A DNA stretch of 64,000 nucleotides from Alphaproteobacteria bacterium (GCA_965227515.1 CBDDFZ010000001.1:576001-640000); one strand, 5' to 3'; positions 28,782 to 37,918 are shown, counted from the stretch's first letter. Program-made: numbers and translations. The notes: a model not told the origin generated them from the sequence alone.

Positions 28782-30629
28782 ATGGGCACCGTGCGATTTG
28801 GCTCAAAGGGCGTATGGATCGGCTTCATGGCGGGGGCCATGGCTGCCGCCTGGGCGCCGCTGGCGCTCGCGCAAGACGGCGAGGCGGAGGTCGGCCCCAA
28901 TGGCGGCATCGTCAGCCACGCCATGGTCATGTTCGGCGAGCCGAAATACGCGCCCGGCTTCGACCATCTTGACTACGCGGTGCCCGATGCGCCGAAGGGC
29001 GGCACGTTCCGCCAGCACGTCATCGGCACCTTCGACAGCCTGAACCCGTTCATCCTGCCCGGCGCCACCGTGACCGGCGCCCATTTCTGGAACCAGACGC
29101 TGATGGCGCGGGTGTGGGATGAGCCGTTCACGCTCTATGGCCTGATCGCCGAGACCGTCGAGATGCCGGAGGACCGGACCTGGGTGGTGTTCAACCTGAG
29201 GCCGGAGGCGCGCTGGCACGACGGCACCCCGATCACCGCAGAGGACGTCAAGTTCTCCATCGAGACCATGGTGACGCTGGGCACGCCGCGCCGCCAGCAA
29301 TATGCCGACGACATCGCGTCGATCACGGTGCTGGGCGATCGGTCGGTGCGGATCGACTTCACCGACAAGGCCAACCGCGAGACGCCGATGATCATGGGCC
29401 TGATGCCCATGGTCTCCCAGGCCTATTACGCCGAGCATCCGTTCGAGGAACCGACGCTGGAACCGCCGCTCGGCAGCGGCCCCTATCGGGTGGGATCGGT
29501 CGATGCCGGCCGCAGCATCAGCTATGAGCGGGTCGAGGACTATTGGGCCGCCGACCTGGGCCTGAGCGCCGGCCATTACAATTTCGACCGACTGACGTTC
29601 GAGTATTTCCGCGACGCCACCGTGGCGATGGAGGCGTTCCTGACCGGCGCCTACGACTTCCGCGGCGAGGGCGATCCTTCGCGCTGGGCGAGCGTCTATA
29701 CCGGCCCCGCCGTGGACGCCGGCGAGATCGTGCTGGAGGAAATCGGCAACGCCCGCCCGTCCGGCATGAACTCGTTCGTGTTCAACACCCGGCGCGAGAT
29801 TTTCGGCGACTGGCGGGTGAGGCGCGCGCTGGCCTATGCGTTCGACTTCGAGAGCCTGAACGAGACGCTGTTCTACGGCGCCTACAGCCGAACCACAGGC
29901 CTGTTCGACAATTCGCCGCTGGCGTTCAGCGGCGTGCCCGAGGGCCGCGAGCGCGAGCTGCTGGAGACCGTGGCCGACCAGCTGCCGGACGGCATCTTCG
30001 ACGAGCCGTTCGTGGTGCCGGGCACCGAGGAAGGCGCCACCCTGCGCAGCAACCTGCGCGAGGCGCAGATGCAGCTCGCCGAGGCGGGCTGGACGGTGCA
30101 GGACAACGTGCTGACCAACGAGGCCACCGGCACGCCGATGGCTTTCGAGATATTGCTGGTCACCCCGGCGAACGAGACCATCGCGCTCGCGTTCGCCGAC
30201 AATCTGGCACGCTTGGGCATCGAGGCGCGGGTCCGCACCGTTGAGTCGGCGCAATATCAGGAACGGCTAACCACCTTCGATTTCGACATGATCATGTTTC
30301 GCTGGAACGTGACGCTGTCGCCGGGCAACGAGCAGTTCCTCTATTGGAGCACGGCGCAGGCCGACCAGGACGGCAGCCGCAACTATGCCGGCATCCGCAA
30401 TACGGCCATCGACGCATTGATCGGCGAGCTGGCCAACGCGCGCACGTCCGAGGAGCTGACCGCCGCCGCCCGTGCCCTCGATCGCACGTTGATGTGGGGC
30501 TACTACTTTGTGCCGCTCTACCACGTGACGTTCGACCGGGTGGCCTACTGGCAGGGCTTCGGCCATCCGCCGGAACCATCGCTCTACGGCAATGTCCTGG
30601 AGGCGTGGTGGGCGGAGCCGGTGGAATAG
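28782..30629 (+). CDS. ABC transporter solute-binding protein family 5 (YejA-like)
   Basis: Signal peptide, GEPKY..F.H.DY..PDAPKGG, GTFDSLNPF, PLGSGPY, GS.NYAG. GGAGG RBS. Confidence 0.92.
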   Translation: MGTVRFGSKGVWIGFMAGAMAAAWAPLALAQDGEAEVGPNGGIVSHAMVMFGEPKYAPGFDHLDYAVPDAPKGGTFRQHVIGTFDSLNPFILPGATVTGAHFWNQTLMARVWDEPFTLYGLIAETVEMPEDRTWVVFNLRPEARWHDGTPITAEDVKFSIETMVTLGTPRRQQYADDIASITVLGDRSVRIDFTDKANRETPMIMGLMPMVSQAYYAEHPFEEPTLEPPLGSGPYRVGSVDAGRSISYERVEDYWAADLGLSAGHYNFDRLTFEYFRDATVAMEAFLTGAYDFRGEGDPSRWASVYTGPAVDAGEIVLEEIGNARPSGMNSFVFNTRREIFGDWRVRRALAYAFDFESLNETLFYGAYSRTTGLFDNSPLAFSGVPEGRERELLETVADQLPDGIFDEPFVVPGTEEGATLRSNLREAQMQLAEAGWTVQDNVLTNEATGTPMAFEILLVTPANETIALAFADNLARLGIEARVRTVESAQYQERLTTFDFDMIMFRWNVTLSPGNEQFLYWSTAQADQDGSRNYAGIRNTAIDALIGELANARTSEELTAAARALDRTLMWGYYFVPLYHVTFDRVAYWQGFGHPPEPSLYGNVLEAWWAEPVE

Positions 30630-30644
30630 GCAGGCCAGCGCGCG

Positions 30645-31154
30645 ATGGCCACGTTAGAGGTCGTGACCGGGGACATCACCCGGCTTGAGGTCGACGCCAT
30701 CGTCAATGCCGCCAACACCAGCCTGCTCGGCGGCGGCGGGGTCGACGGCGCAATCCATCGCGCGGCCGGGCCAGACCTGGTCAAGGCATGCGCGGCCCTT
30801 GGCGGCTGCGAGACCGGCAGCGCCAAGCTCACCAATGGCTTCCGGTTGCCGGCGCACTATGTGATCCACGCGGTCGGCCCGGTGTGGCGCGGCGGTGCGT
30901 CCGGCGAGCCGGACCTGCTCGCGGGCTGTTATCGCACCGCCATCGATCTGGCCGCCGAGCATGAGATCGCGAGCATCGCGTTCCCGGCGATCTCCACCGG
31001 CATCTACGGCTATCCGTTGCAACCGGCCGCCGAAATCGCTGTCGGCACCGTGCGCACGGCCATGGACTCCCGCCCGGCGCTGGCTCGCGTGCTGTTCTGT
31101 TGTTTCAGCGATGGCGACGCGGCGGTGTATCGCGAGGTGCTGGCGCGGGGCTGA
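30645..31154 (+). CDS. Macrodomain O-acetyl-ADP-ribose deacetylase (YmdB-like)
   Basis: GDIT..VDAIVNAAN..L.GGGGVDGAIH, VIHAVGP, PAISTGIYGYP. Confidence 0.95.
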   Translation: MATLEVVTGDITRLEVDAIVNAANTSLLGGGGVDGAIHRAAGPDLVKACAALGGCETGSAKLTNGFRLPAHYVIHAVGPVWRGGASGEPDLLAGCYRTAIDLAAEHEIASIAFPAISTGIYGYPLQPAAEIAVGTVRTAMDSRPALARVLFCCFSDGDAAVYREVLARG

Positions 31155-31267
31155 CGATCACTTCACCATCTCGCCCCTTGCCGCGACCTTCGGCATGTGA
31201 TTGAACAATGGACGCGAGCAGCCTGGGTCTGCTCGACATTTCAGACACGGTGGAGAAGGGCGGACCA

Positions 31268-32434
31268 ATGTTCCGCAAGGATCGCGGTGCGAAAAGGCCG
31301 GAACGCGGCAGCGCGAACGGTGCGGCACGCACCCAGCCAACAGTGGACATGGCGCGGCTGCGCCGCCCGGACGCCGGCGAGAAGGCCGCAAGCAATGGAG
31401 CGCCCGCTTCCGGACCGGCGGCATCCGGCCCTGCCACACCGGCGGCGCGGTCCAACGGCACACCCCAAGGCGCGGCGCACGGCTCACCGGCTGCGACCAA
31501 CGGTGCGCGCGGCGCCAAATCGGCCAAGGCCGCGCCCGATATGGCCGACCAGGGCAAGCCCAGAGCGGGCAGGCCCGCACCGGCCGCCCCGGCCCAGCCG
31601 CTGGATCACGACGTTCCGCATATGCCGCCAGGTGGGCTGGCCGCCTCGCCGATTGCCGCACTGCGCACCAATTGGCTGCGCGCCTCGGCGCCCGCCATGG
31701 CCGACATTCCCAACTTCCCCCCAAAACGGGAGCAGCCCGTGGCCCGCGTCGACTCGACATCGCTGGATCCGCATCGCCACCCCGACAACCGACACGGCGA
31801 CAGCCGCCTTTCCGATGGGCGACACGGCGACAGCCGTCACTCCGATGGGCGCCTCTCCGATAGCCGCATGCCGGACGGGCGCATGTCAGACGGGCGCATG
31901 TCCGATAACAGGCATGTCGACGTCGGCCGGCGCATGCACATTGGCCGCGACATCACCATCAGCGGCGAGATCAAGTCCTGCGGCCTGCTGGAGGTGGAGG
32001 GCAGCGCCGATGCCCAACTCAGCGACTGTGGCATGCTGCAGATCGCGGAAACCGGCAGCTTCCACGGCACGGCGGTCGTGGAATCGGCGGAGATCAGCGG
32101 TCGTTTCGATGGCGAGATGACCGTTTCGCGCCGGCTGACCATCCAGCCGGGCGGCCATGTGATCGGCAACATCACCTATGGCGAGCTGGAGATCATGCCC
32201 GGCGGCAAGATCAGCGGCAGCTTCCAGCCCGCGCCGGAGAACTCGGCCGCGGCCGCCGCCCTGGGGCAGGACGACGAGAGCACCCACAGCGAAGATGCGG
32301 CGGACGACGCCTCAGCAGCGCCGCCGGCCCGCCCGTCGGCAAGCTCGGTGCTGCAGGCAGACACCGCCGAGCCACCGGCGCCAACCCCCGGGCGCACGCC
32401 GACCCGCGCGGTCAAGCCGGCCAGCAACGGCTGA
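31268..32434 (+). CDS. Bactofilin (polymer-forming cytoskeletal protein) with long disordered extensions
   Basis: Beta-helix core IGRDITISGEIKSC..LEVEG...GNITYGELEI..GGKISG. The likely start MFRK follows a GGAGAAGG RBS. Confidence 0.87.
   Translation: MFRKDRGAKRPERGSANGAARTQPTVDMARLRRPDAGEKAASNGAPASGPAASGPATPAARSNGTPQGAAHGSPAATNGARGAKSAKAAPDMADQGKPRAGRPAPAAPAQPLDHDVPHMPPGGLAASPIAALRTNWLRASAPAMADIPNFPPKREQPVARVDSTSLDPHRHPDNRHGDSRLSDGRHGDSRHSDGRLSDSRMPDGRMSDGRMSDNRHVDVGRRMHIGRDITISGEIKSCGLLEVEGSADAQLSDCGMLQIAETGSFHGTAVVESAEISGRFDGEMTVSRRLTIQPGGHVIGNITYGELEIMPGGKISGSFQPAPENSAAAAALGQDDESTHSEDAADDASAAPPARPSASSVLQADTAEPPAPTPGRTPTRAVKPASNG
31781..31915 (+). repeat. Nine tandem 15-bp repeats encoding [PGS]-D-[NSG]-R-[HLM]
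   Basis: PDNRH GDSRL SDGRH GDSRH SDGRL SDSRM PDGRM SDGRM SDNRH. Confidence 0.9.
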
Positions 32435-32500
32435 CGGCGGCCCGCCGCCGCGCCGGCCCGGTCGCCGATCCATACCGCATCTACTACGGACACGACCGGC

Positions 32501-33442
32501 ATGGCCCTTACCGTCGCGATCCAGATGGACCCGATCGAGGCGGTCGACATCGACGCCGACTCCACCTTCGTGCTGGCGCTGGAGGCACAGCGGCGCGGCC
32601 ACCGGCTCTATCACTACCTGCCGCAGGCGCTGACCTATCACAGCGGCGAGGTACGTGCCGCCATGCGGTCGCTGGAAGTGCGCCGCAACCACGGCAACCA
32701 CTACACGCTCGGCGAGTTCGAGAACACGGCGCTGACGGCGGTCGACGTGGTGCTGATGCGCCAGGACCCGCCGTTCGACATGGCCTACATCACCGCCACC
32801 CACATGCTGGAGCAGGTGCACCCGGACACCCTGGTGGTGAACGACCCGGCCGAGGTGCGCAACGCGCCGGAAAAGCTGTTCGTCACCAAGTTCCCCGACC
32901 TGATGCCGCCGACACTGATCACCTCCGACCGCAAGGAGATCGACGCCTTCCGCGCCGAGCACAAGGACATCATCGTCAAGCCGCTGTTCGGCAATGGCGG
33001 CGCCGGGGTGTTCCACATCGGCCCCGAAGACGAGAATCTGAACGCGCTGATGGAGCTGTTCACCGGCATGTACCGCGAGCCGATCATCGTGCAGCGCTAC
33101 ATGCCGGAGGTGCGGGCCGGCGACAAGCGGATCATCCTGGTCGACGGAGAGGCGGCGGGCGCGGTGCTGCGGGTGCCCTCGGCAGGGGAGGCGCGGGCCA
33201 ATCTGCACGCCGGCGCCAAGGCGGTGAAGGCCGAGATCACGCCGCGCGAGCACGACATCTGTGCCGCCATCGGCCCGGAGCTGAAGGCGCGCGGGCTGAT
33301 CTTCGTCGGCATCGACGTCATCGGCGACGTGATGACCGAGATCAACGTCACCTCGCCCACCGGCCTGCAGGAGATCGACCGCTTCGACGGCGTCTCCCTG
33401 GAAGCCCAGATCTGGGACGCGATCGAGGGGCGGTTGGGTTAG
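32501..33442 (+). CDS. gshB: Glutathione synthetase
   Basis: [40 protein letters not shown]. Confidence 0.98.
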   Translation: MALTVAIQMDPIEAVDIDADSTFVLALEAQRRGHRLYHYLPQALTYHSGEVRAAMRSLEVRRNHGNHYTLGEFENTALTAVDVVLMRQDPPFDMAYITATHMLEQVHPDTLVVNDPAEVRNAPEKLFVTKFPDLMPPTLITSDRKEIDAFRAEHKDIIVKPLFGNGGAGVFHIGPEDENLNALMELFTGMYREPIIVQRYMPEVRAGDKRIILVDGEAAGAVLRVPSAGEARANLHAGAKAVKAEITPREHDICAAIGPELKARGLIFVGIDVIGDVMTEINVTSPTGLQEIDRFDGVSLEAQIWDAIEGRLG

Positions 33443-33472
33443 GCGGCATACGGTGTGTCAAGTCGTTTTTAA

Positions 33473-33501
33473 TTGCCACTTATCGATGCATTACCCATAT
33501 T
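33473..33501 (+). promoter_or_regulatory. Putative sigma70 promoter giving a leaderless TA transcript
   Basis: TTGCCA-N17-CATATT, then 6 nt to ATG 33508. No SD sequence. Confidence 0.55.
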
Positions 33502-33507
33502 GCAGAT

Positions 33508-33765
33508 ATGAAGAAGGCTCTGGACCTACGGCGTGACGCCCGGAAAGGTCTGCGACGCGCGCCTACAGGCACAGCCGCAAGAATCGAGTCTATTCTTCGG
33601 GCATTTGCCACAGGCAACCCTCCCGCCAATGCCGACATCGTCGCCATGCAGGGCGCTACCGGCACTTATCGGCTGCGGGTCGGCGAGTGGCGGGCCATAT
33701 TTAGGGTCACGGAAGACTCCGTGATTGTGGAGCGGATCGCGCCACGTGGCGCGGCCTACAAATAG
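33508..33765 (+). CDS. RelE/ParE-family toxin
   Basis: 85 aa, basic, YRLRVGEWRAIF...IAPRGAAY. Confidence 0.87.
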   Translation: MKKALDLRRDARKGLRRAPTGTAARIESILRAFATGNPPANADIVAMQGATGTYRLRVGEWRAIFRVTEDSVIVERIAPRGAAYK

Positions 33766-33777
33766 GGCTAAACGCAC

Positions 33778-34215
33778 ATGGGCAAGCTGAAGTTGGTTGA
33801 TGAAGCGACCATGCCATCCATATCCGCCGGACAACCGTTCGTGGCGGTGCCGGCCGCGCTTTGGGCCGCTCTCAACGCCAGCGCCGGCATAAACTTGGCC
33901 GCGGTCGATTCCACCACGATGGACGAAGAGGATTGGGACGACATGGCCCTCCTCCTCGCCACGCGGTACTTGGACGCCGTCGAAGGTGAGCCGGCGGAGA
34001 TCACCGAGATGATCGACCGCAAGGGGCTTCATCCCATTGCTGCATGGCGGCGCCATCGCGGCTTGACGCAGGCGGCATTGGCCGTCGAGGTCGGCGTAAG
34101 CCAGGACCATATCAGCCGGGTAGAACGTGGGTTGGATCGGCCCAGCGTCGAGCTTCTCGTCCGCCTCCGAGATACCTTGCGCAGCGGCACTCTGGACGCG
34201 CTGCTCCCGGACTGA
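33778..34215 (+). CDS. XRE-HTH antitoxin (HigA-like)
   Basis: Acidic N-half and HPIAAWRRHRGLTQAALA..VGVSQ..ISRVERG HTH, directly after the toxin. Confidence 0.85.
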   Translation: MGKLKLVDEATMPSISAGQPFVAVPAALWAALNASAGINLAAVDSTTMDEEDWDDMALLLATRYLDAVEGEPAEITEMIDRKGLHPIAAWRRHRGLTQAALAVEVGVSQDHISRVERGLDRPSVELLVRLRDTLRSGTLDALLPD

Positions 34216-34309
34216 CTCCAATGGGTGCTTCTTGAAGTTGGGCTCGTCCGACTAGGCTGTGAGGACAGCCGAGAGCAGGGGCGCATCGGCGCAGATCGAA
34301 CCAAGTATT

Positions 34310-34720
34310 CTAGGCTCCTTCGCCGGAAACCGCGCCGTTGTCCGGCATCAGGAACACGTCCCGCGCCAGGGCGGAGGTCAGGCGCGACGGCGCGTACCAG
34401 CGTTCCAGCACCTGCTTCGTCAGCAAATCCGGGTTGCGGTCGATGAAGTCGGCGACGCTGTCGTGGGGTACCGTCGCCATCCGCTCGGCGATCATGCTGA
34501 GAAATGCCAGCGTGATGGTCAGATTGAACTTTTCCGGCACGCCGGCCTTGGTCGCGACCCCCTTGATCGCGTCGGCATAGCGCACCGCCGCGTCGAGATA
34601 CGGATAGCGGCGAAGCATCTCGCAAGCGACGCCGACATGGTCGCGATGGCGGAACGCGCTGACATCGATGGTCTGTTGCTCCAGCGCATCCGTCAGCGCC
34701 GCATAATGGGTGTCGGTCAT
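34310..34720 (-). CDS. Conserved-looking hypothetical protein (136 aa)
   Basis: Host-like codon usage, ATGA-coupled to the upstream gene. Motifs FRHRDH, KFNLTIT, ARDVFLMPD. Confidence 0.75.
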   Translation of the reverse strand: MTDTHYAALTDALEQQTIDVSAFRHRDHVGVACEMLRRYPYLDAAVRYADAIKGVATKAGVPEKFNLTITLAFLSMIAERMATVPHDSVADFIDRNPDLLTKQVLERWYAPSRLTSALARDVFLMPDNGAVSGEGA

Positions 34721-34968
34721 GGCGCGACCCCTTCCTGCAGGTTGTGGCTGTCGTCGGCGCCGAGGTCGAGGCCGTAGACCGCCTTCAGTTGCGCGATCTT
34801 CTCGATCGTCTCGTCCGAAAACGGCGCCCTGCCCTCGAAGCAGTGCAGCGCCATGCCTTCGATCAGCTCGGCGACGGAGATGTCGAGATACTCGGCCAGC
34901 CCCTTCAGCACCTTGAGCAGGCGTTTTTCGAGCCGCACCCCGGTTTGGACACGTTCGATGTTCTTCAT
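34717..34968 (-). CDS. Small putative ribbon-helix-helix DNA-binding protein
   Basis: RVQTGVRL strand followed by helices EKRLLKVLKGLAEYL and SVAELIEGMALH. Consensus-like promoter directly upstream. Confidence 0.72.
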   Translation of the reverse strand: MKNIERVQTGVRLEKRLLKVLKGLAEYLDISVAELIEGMALHCFEGRAPFSDETIEKIAQLKAVYGLDLGADDSHNLQEGVAP

Positions 34969-34973
34969 ATGAC

Positions 34974-35004
34974 GTTATATAGGTACCAAGATAACACTTG
35001 TCAA
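34974..35004 (-). promoter_or_regulatory. Sigma70 promoter with overlapping palindromic operator
   Basis: TTGACA-N17-TATATA-N7-ATG. Palindrome GTTAT-N3-GGTACC-N3-ATAAC at 34974-34995. Confidence 0.75.
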
Positions 35005-35099
35005 TGCGGTGGCGAGGCTGGCGCCTGCATTGTGCGTGCGGTCGCACCATGGCCGCTCTATGATCCGACGAGCCAACCGCCCACATTCCTTGGTTATTC

Positions 35100-36620
35100 A
35101 TGGTCGCACGCTGTTCCACCGTCGCCTTCCAGGGCATCGACGTCCTGGACGTCGACGTGCAGGTGCAGTTCGCGTCCGGGCTGCCGGCGTTCTCGGTCGT
35201 GGGCCTGCCCGACAAGGCGGTGGGCGAGAGCCGGGAGCGGGTGCGCGCCGCCCTGAACGCGCTGGGGCTGGCGCTGCCGGCGCGGCGCATCACGGTCAAT
35301 CTGGCGCCCGCCGACGTGGTGAAGGAGGGCAGCCATTTCGACCTGCCGATCGCGCTCGCCATCCTGGCGGCGATGGACGCGATCCCGGCCGATGCGCTGG
35401 CCGGCTATACCGCGCTGGGCGAGCTGGCGCTGGACGGTGCGATCCTGCAGGTCGCGGGCGTGCTGCCGGCCGCGCTGGGCGCTTCGGCCAAGTCCAGCGG
35501 GCTGATTTGCCCCGCCGCCTGCGGGCCGGAAGCGGCCTGGCTCGGCGACATCGACATCATCGCCGCCCCCTCGCTGCTCAGCCTGATCAACCACTTCAAG
35601 GGCAGCCAGGTGCTCTCCCCGCCCGCGCCGCCGCCAGTGGACGACACTGCCCACGCGCCCGATATCGCGGAGGTGAAGGGGCAGGAGACCGCCAAGCGCG
35701 CGCTGGAGATCGCGGCGGCCGGTGGCCACAACCTGCTGATGATCGGCCCGCCGGGTGCCGGCAAGTCGATGCTGGCCGCGCGCCTGCCCGGCCTGCTGCC
35801 GCCGCTGTCGTCGGCGGAGGCGCTGGAGGTCAGCATGATCCACTCCATCGCCGGCACCCTGCCGGACGGGCGGATCAGCCAGGTGCGGCCCTATCGCGAC
35901 CCGCACCACTCCGCCTCGCAGCCAGCGCTGATCGGCGGCGGCCTGCGCGCCCGGCCCGGCGAGGTGTCGCTGGCCCATAATGGCGTGCTGTTCCTGGACG
36001 AGCTGCCGGAATTCGCCCGCCAGACGCTGGAGGCGCTGCGCCAGCCGCTGGAAACCGGGCGTGCGGTGGTCAGCCGCGCCAACCACCACGTGACCTACCC
36101 GGCCAGGGTACAGCTGATCGCGGCGATGAACCCGTGCCGCTGCGGCCACCTGGACGACCCGTCGCTCGCCTGCTCGCGCGCGCCGCGCTGCGCCGCCGAC
36201 TACCAAGCGAAGATCTCAGGACCGGTGTTCGACCGCATCGACCTGTTCGTGGAAGTGCGGGCGATGCGCGCGGAGGACCTGACCGCGCCGGCCACCGGCG
36301 AGACCAGCGCGCAGATGGCGGCCCGCATCGCTGCCGCCCGCGACCGCCAGACCGCGCGGTTCGCCGCACTTGGCGCGGCCGAGAGCGTGCGCACCAATGC
36401 TCAGGCCGATGGCGACGTGCTGGAGAAGATCGCCGCGCCCGACGAGGCCGGCAAGGCGCTGCTCAGCGAGGCGGTCGGCCACTTCAAGCTCTCCGCCCGC
36501 GGCTACCACCGGGTGCTCAGGGTGGCCCGCACATTGGCGGACTTGGAGGGGACGGAAGCCATCCGCCGCCAGCACATCGCCGAGGCACTCACCTACCGCC
36601 GCATGCCGCTGATGCGGTAG
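35100..36620 (+). CDS. comM: YifB/ComM Mg-chelatase-like AAA+ ATPase
   Basis: VGLPDKAV.ESRERV, KEGSHFDLPIA, GPPGAGKSM, PGEVSLAHNGVLFLDE, AAMNPC.CG. Confidence 0.96.
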   Translation: MVARCSTVAFQGIDVLDVDVQVQFASGLPAFSVVGLPDKAVGESRERVRAALNALGLALPARRITVNLAPADVVKEGSHFDLPIALAILAAMDAIPADALAGYTALGELALDGAILQVAGVLPAALGASAKSSGLICPAACGPEAAWLGDIDIIAAPSLLSLINHFKGSQVLSPPAPPPVDDTAHAPDIAEVKGQETAKRALEIAAAGGHNLLMIGPPGAGKSMLAARLPGLLPPLSSAEALEVSMIHSIAGTLPDGRISQVRPYRDPHHSASQPALIGGGLRARPGEVSLAHNGVLFLDELPEFARQTLEALRQPLETGRAVVSRANHHVTYPARVQLIAAMNPCRCGHLDDPSLACSRAPRCAADYQAKISGPVFDRIDLFVEVRAMRAEDLTAPATGETSAQMAARIAAARDRQTARFAALGAAESVRTNAQADGDVLEKIAAPDEAGKALLSEAVGHFKLSARGYHRVLRVARTLADLEGTEAIRRQHIAEALTYRRMPLMR

Positions 36621-36673
36621 TATTGACCGCTCAGGCCATCGAACGGCCACCGGCATCGCTAAGGCAATACCCA

Positions 36674-37261
36674 GTGTCCTCATTCCGCCCGGAGTATGTC
36701 GAAGCCCTACGCCTGTTGGCGCGGGCGTCGAATGACATGGCGGCCCGCGACCTTCCCAGACCAATCCTGGTGGGTGGCGGTGCCGTTGAGTACTACACGG
36801 CCGGCCATATTCCCTCGGGGGACTTCGATCTCGTCGAGCCATATCAAGACGAGCTCGAAGAAGCCTTGATACGTCAAGGCTTTGAACGACCGTCTGGTCC
36901 CGGGCAGTTGACTCGAGGCTTGGTCCACCGAAAGCTGGGCATTGGCGTCGAGGTTGTCAGCGGCCAACTCATGGATGGACTAGCCAACAGTGCCTATATG
37001 CGCCTGATACCAACCGATGACGGCGAGATCGCTGTTATCGGTATCGAAGACCTCATTTCCGACCGGATCGGCCAGTACTTTTCGACACCAAGTGGCGTAC
37101 CGGAGATGCTCGCACAAGCCACTGAATTGCTTATCGTCGCCAAGGCTCTCGACGACGGTTACGACAGAGACTATCTAGACAGGCGTATTCGCGAAGAAAC
37201 GGCGGAAGACTGCAGCCTAGAGGCATTGGAGCAAATGATAGATGCCCGTTCGCGGCAATAG
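36674..37261 (+). CDS. Pol-beta-superfamily nucleotidyltransferase (DUF6036/AbiEii-like), function unknown
   Basis: LVGGGAVEYY..G...SGDFDLV NTase motif and later EDLISDRI. Lower GC3 than flanking genes. Start (GTG 36674) uncertain. Confidence 0.75.
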   Translation: MSSFRPEYVEALRLLARASNDMAARDLPRPILVGGGAVEYYTAGHIPSGDFDLVEPYQDELEEALIRQGFERPSGPGQLTRGLVHRKLGIGVEVVSGQLMDGLANSAYMRLIPTDDGEIAVIGIEDLISDRIGQYFSTPSGVPEMLAQATELLIVAKALDDGYDRDYLDRRIREETAEDCSLEALEQMIDARSRQ

Positions 37262-37439
37262 TCTGGAAGAGCAAGCGGCGCTTGTGAGGCAGCTATGCGA
37301 GGCGCGTGGCATCGACCGGCTGCCTGTGCCGAAGAACTCCGGCAAGCGCCGCACGCCGGAGAAGCGCGCCCTGTTGCGCGAGATCCGCCGAGTCTGCAAG
37401 GAACAGGGCCGCGAGCCGCCGTTCGAGGCAAACTTCTAA
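37242..37439 (+). CDS. Small basic hypothetical protein (65 aa), overlapping the NTase gene
   Basis: 20-nt overlap with the upstream gene, GGAG upstream, motif NSGKRRTPEKRALL. Fills the gap before the HIT gene. Confidence 0.65.
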   Translation: MPVRGNSLEEQAALVRQLCEARGIDRLPVPKNSGKRRTPEKRALLREIRRVCKEQGREPPFEANF

Positions 37440-37453
37440 CCAACCGGTTGCGC

Positions 37454-37819
37454 CTACTCCGCCTTCTGCAGCATCCGGCCGAGGCGGCGGCCGCCGAGCA
37501 CATGGATGTGGAAGTGGGGCACTTCCTGGCCGCCATGCTCGCCGGTGTTGGCGATGATGCGGTAGCCGGTCTCGGTGACGCCTTCCTGTTTCGCGATCTC
37601 GCCGACGGCCTGCCACAGGGCCGCGTGTTCGGCCGGCGACGCGCTCTCGGCGAAGTCCTGGGACGAGACATAGGCGCCCTTCGGGATCACCAGCACATGG
37701 GTTGGCGCGGCCGGCTGAATATCGCGGAACGCCAGCACGTGCTCGCTCTCATACACCTTGTCGCACGGAATCTCGCCGCGCAGGATCTTGGCGAAGATGT
37801 TGCTGTCGTCATAGGCCAT
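37454..37819 (-). CDS. Histidine triad (HIT) nucleotide-binding protein
   Basis: IFAKILRGEIPC, FRDI.P.AP.H.LVIPK, GQEVPHFHIHVLGG. Confidence 0.96.
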   Translation of the reverse strand: MAYDDSNIFAKILRGEIPCDKVYESEHVLAFRDIQPAAPTHVLVIPKGAYVSSQDFAESASPAEHAALWQAVGEIAKQEGVTETGYRIIANTGEHGGQEVPHFHIHVLGGRRLGRMLQKAE

Positions 37820-37918
37820 GCGCGCACGCTCCCTGGATATTGGCAGGACCGGCGAGCAAGGCCCGCCAGATCCAATCGACTCGTTGCTGGTTACCCGATC
37901 TCGCCAACAAATAACATT

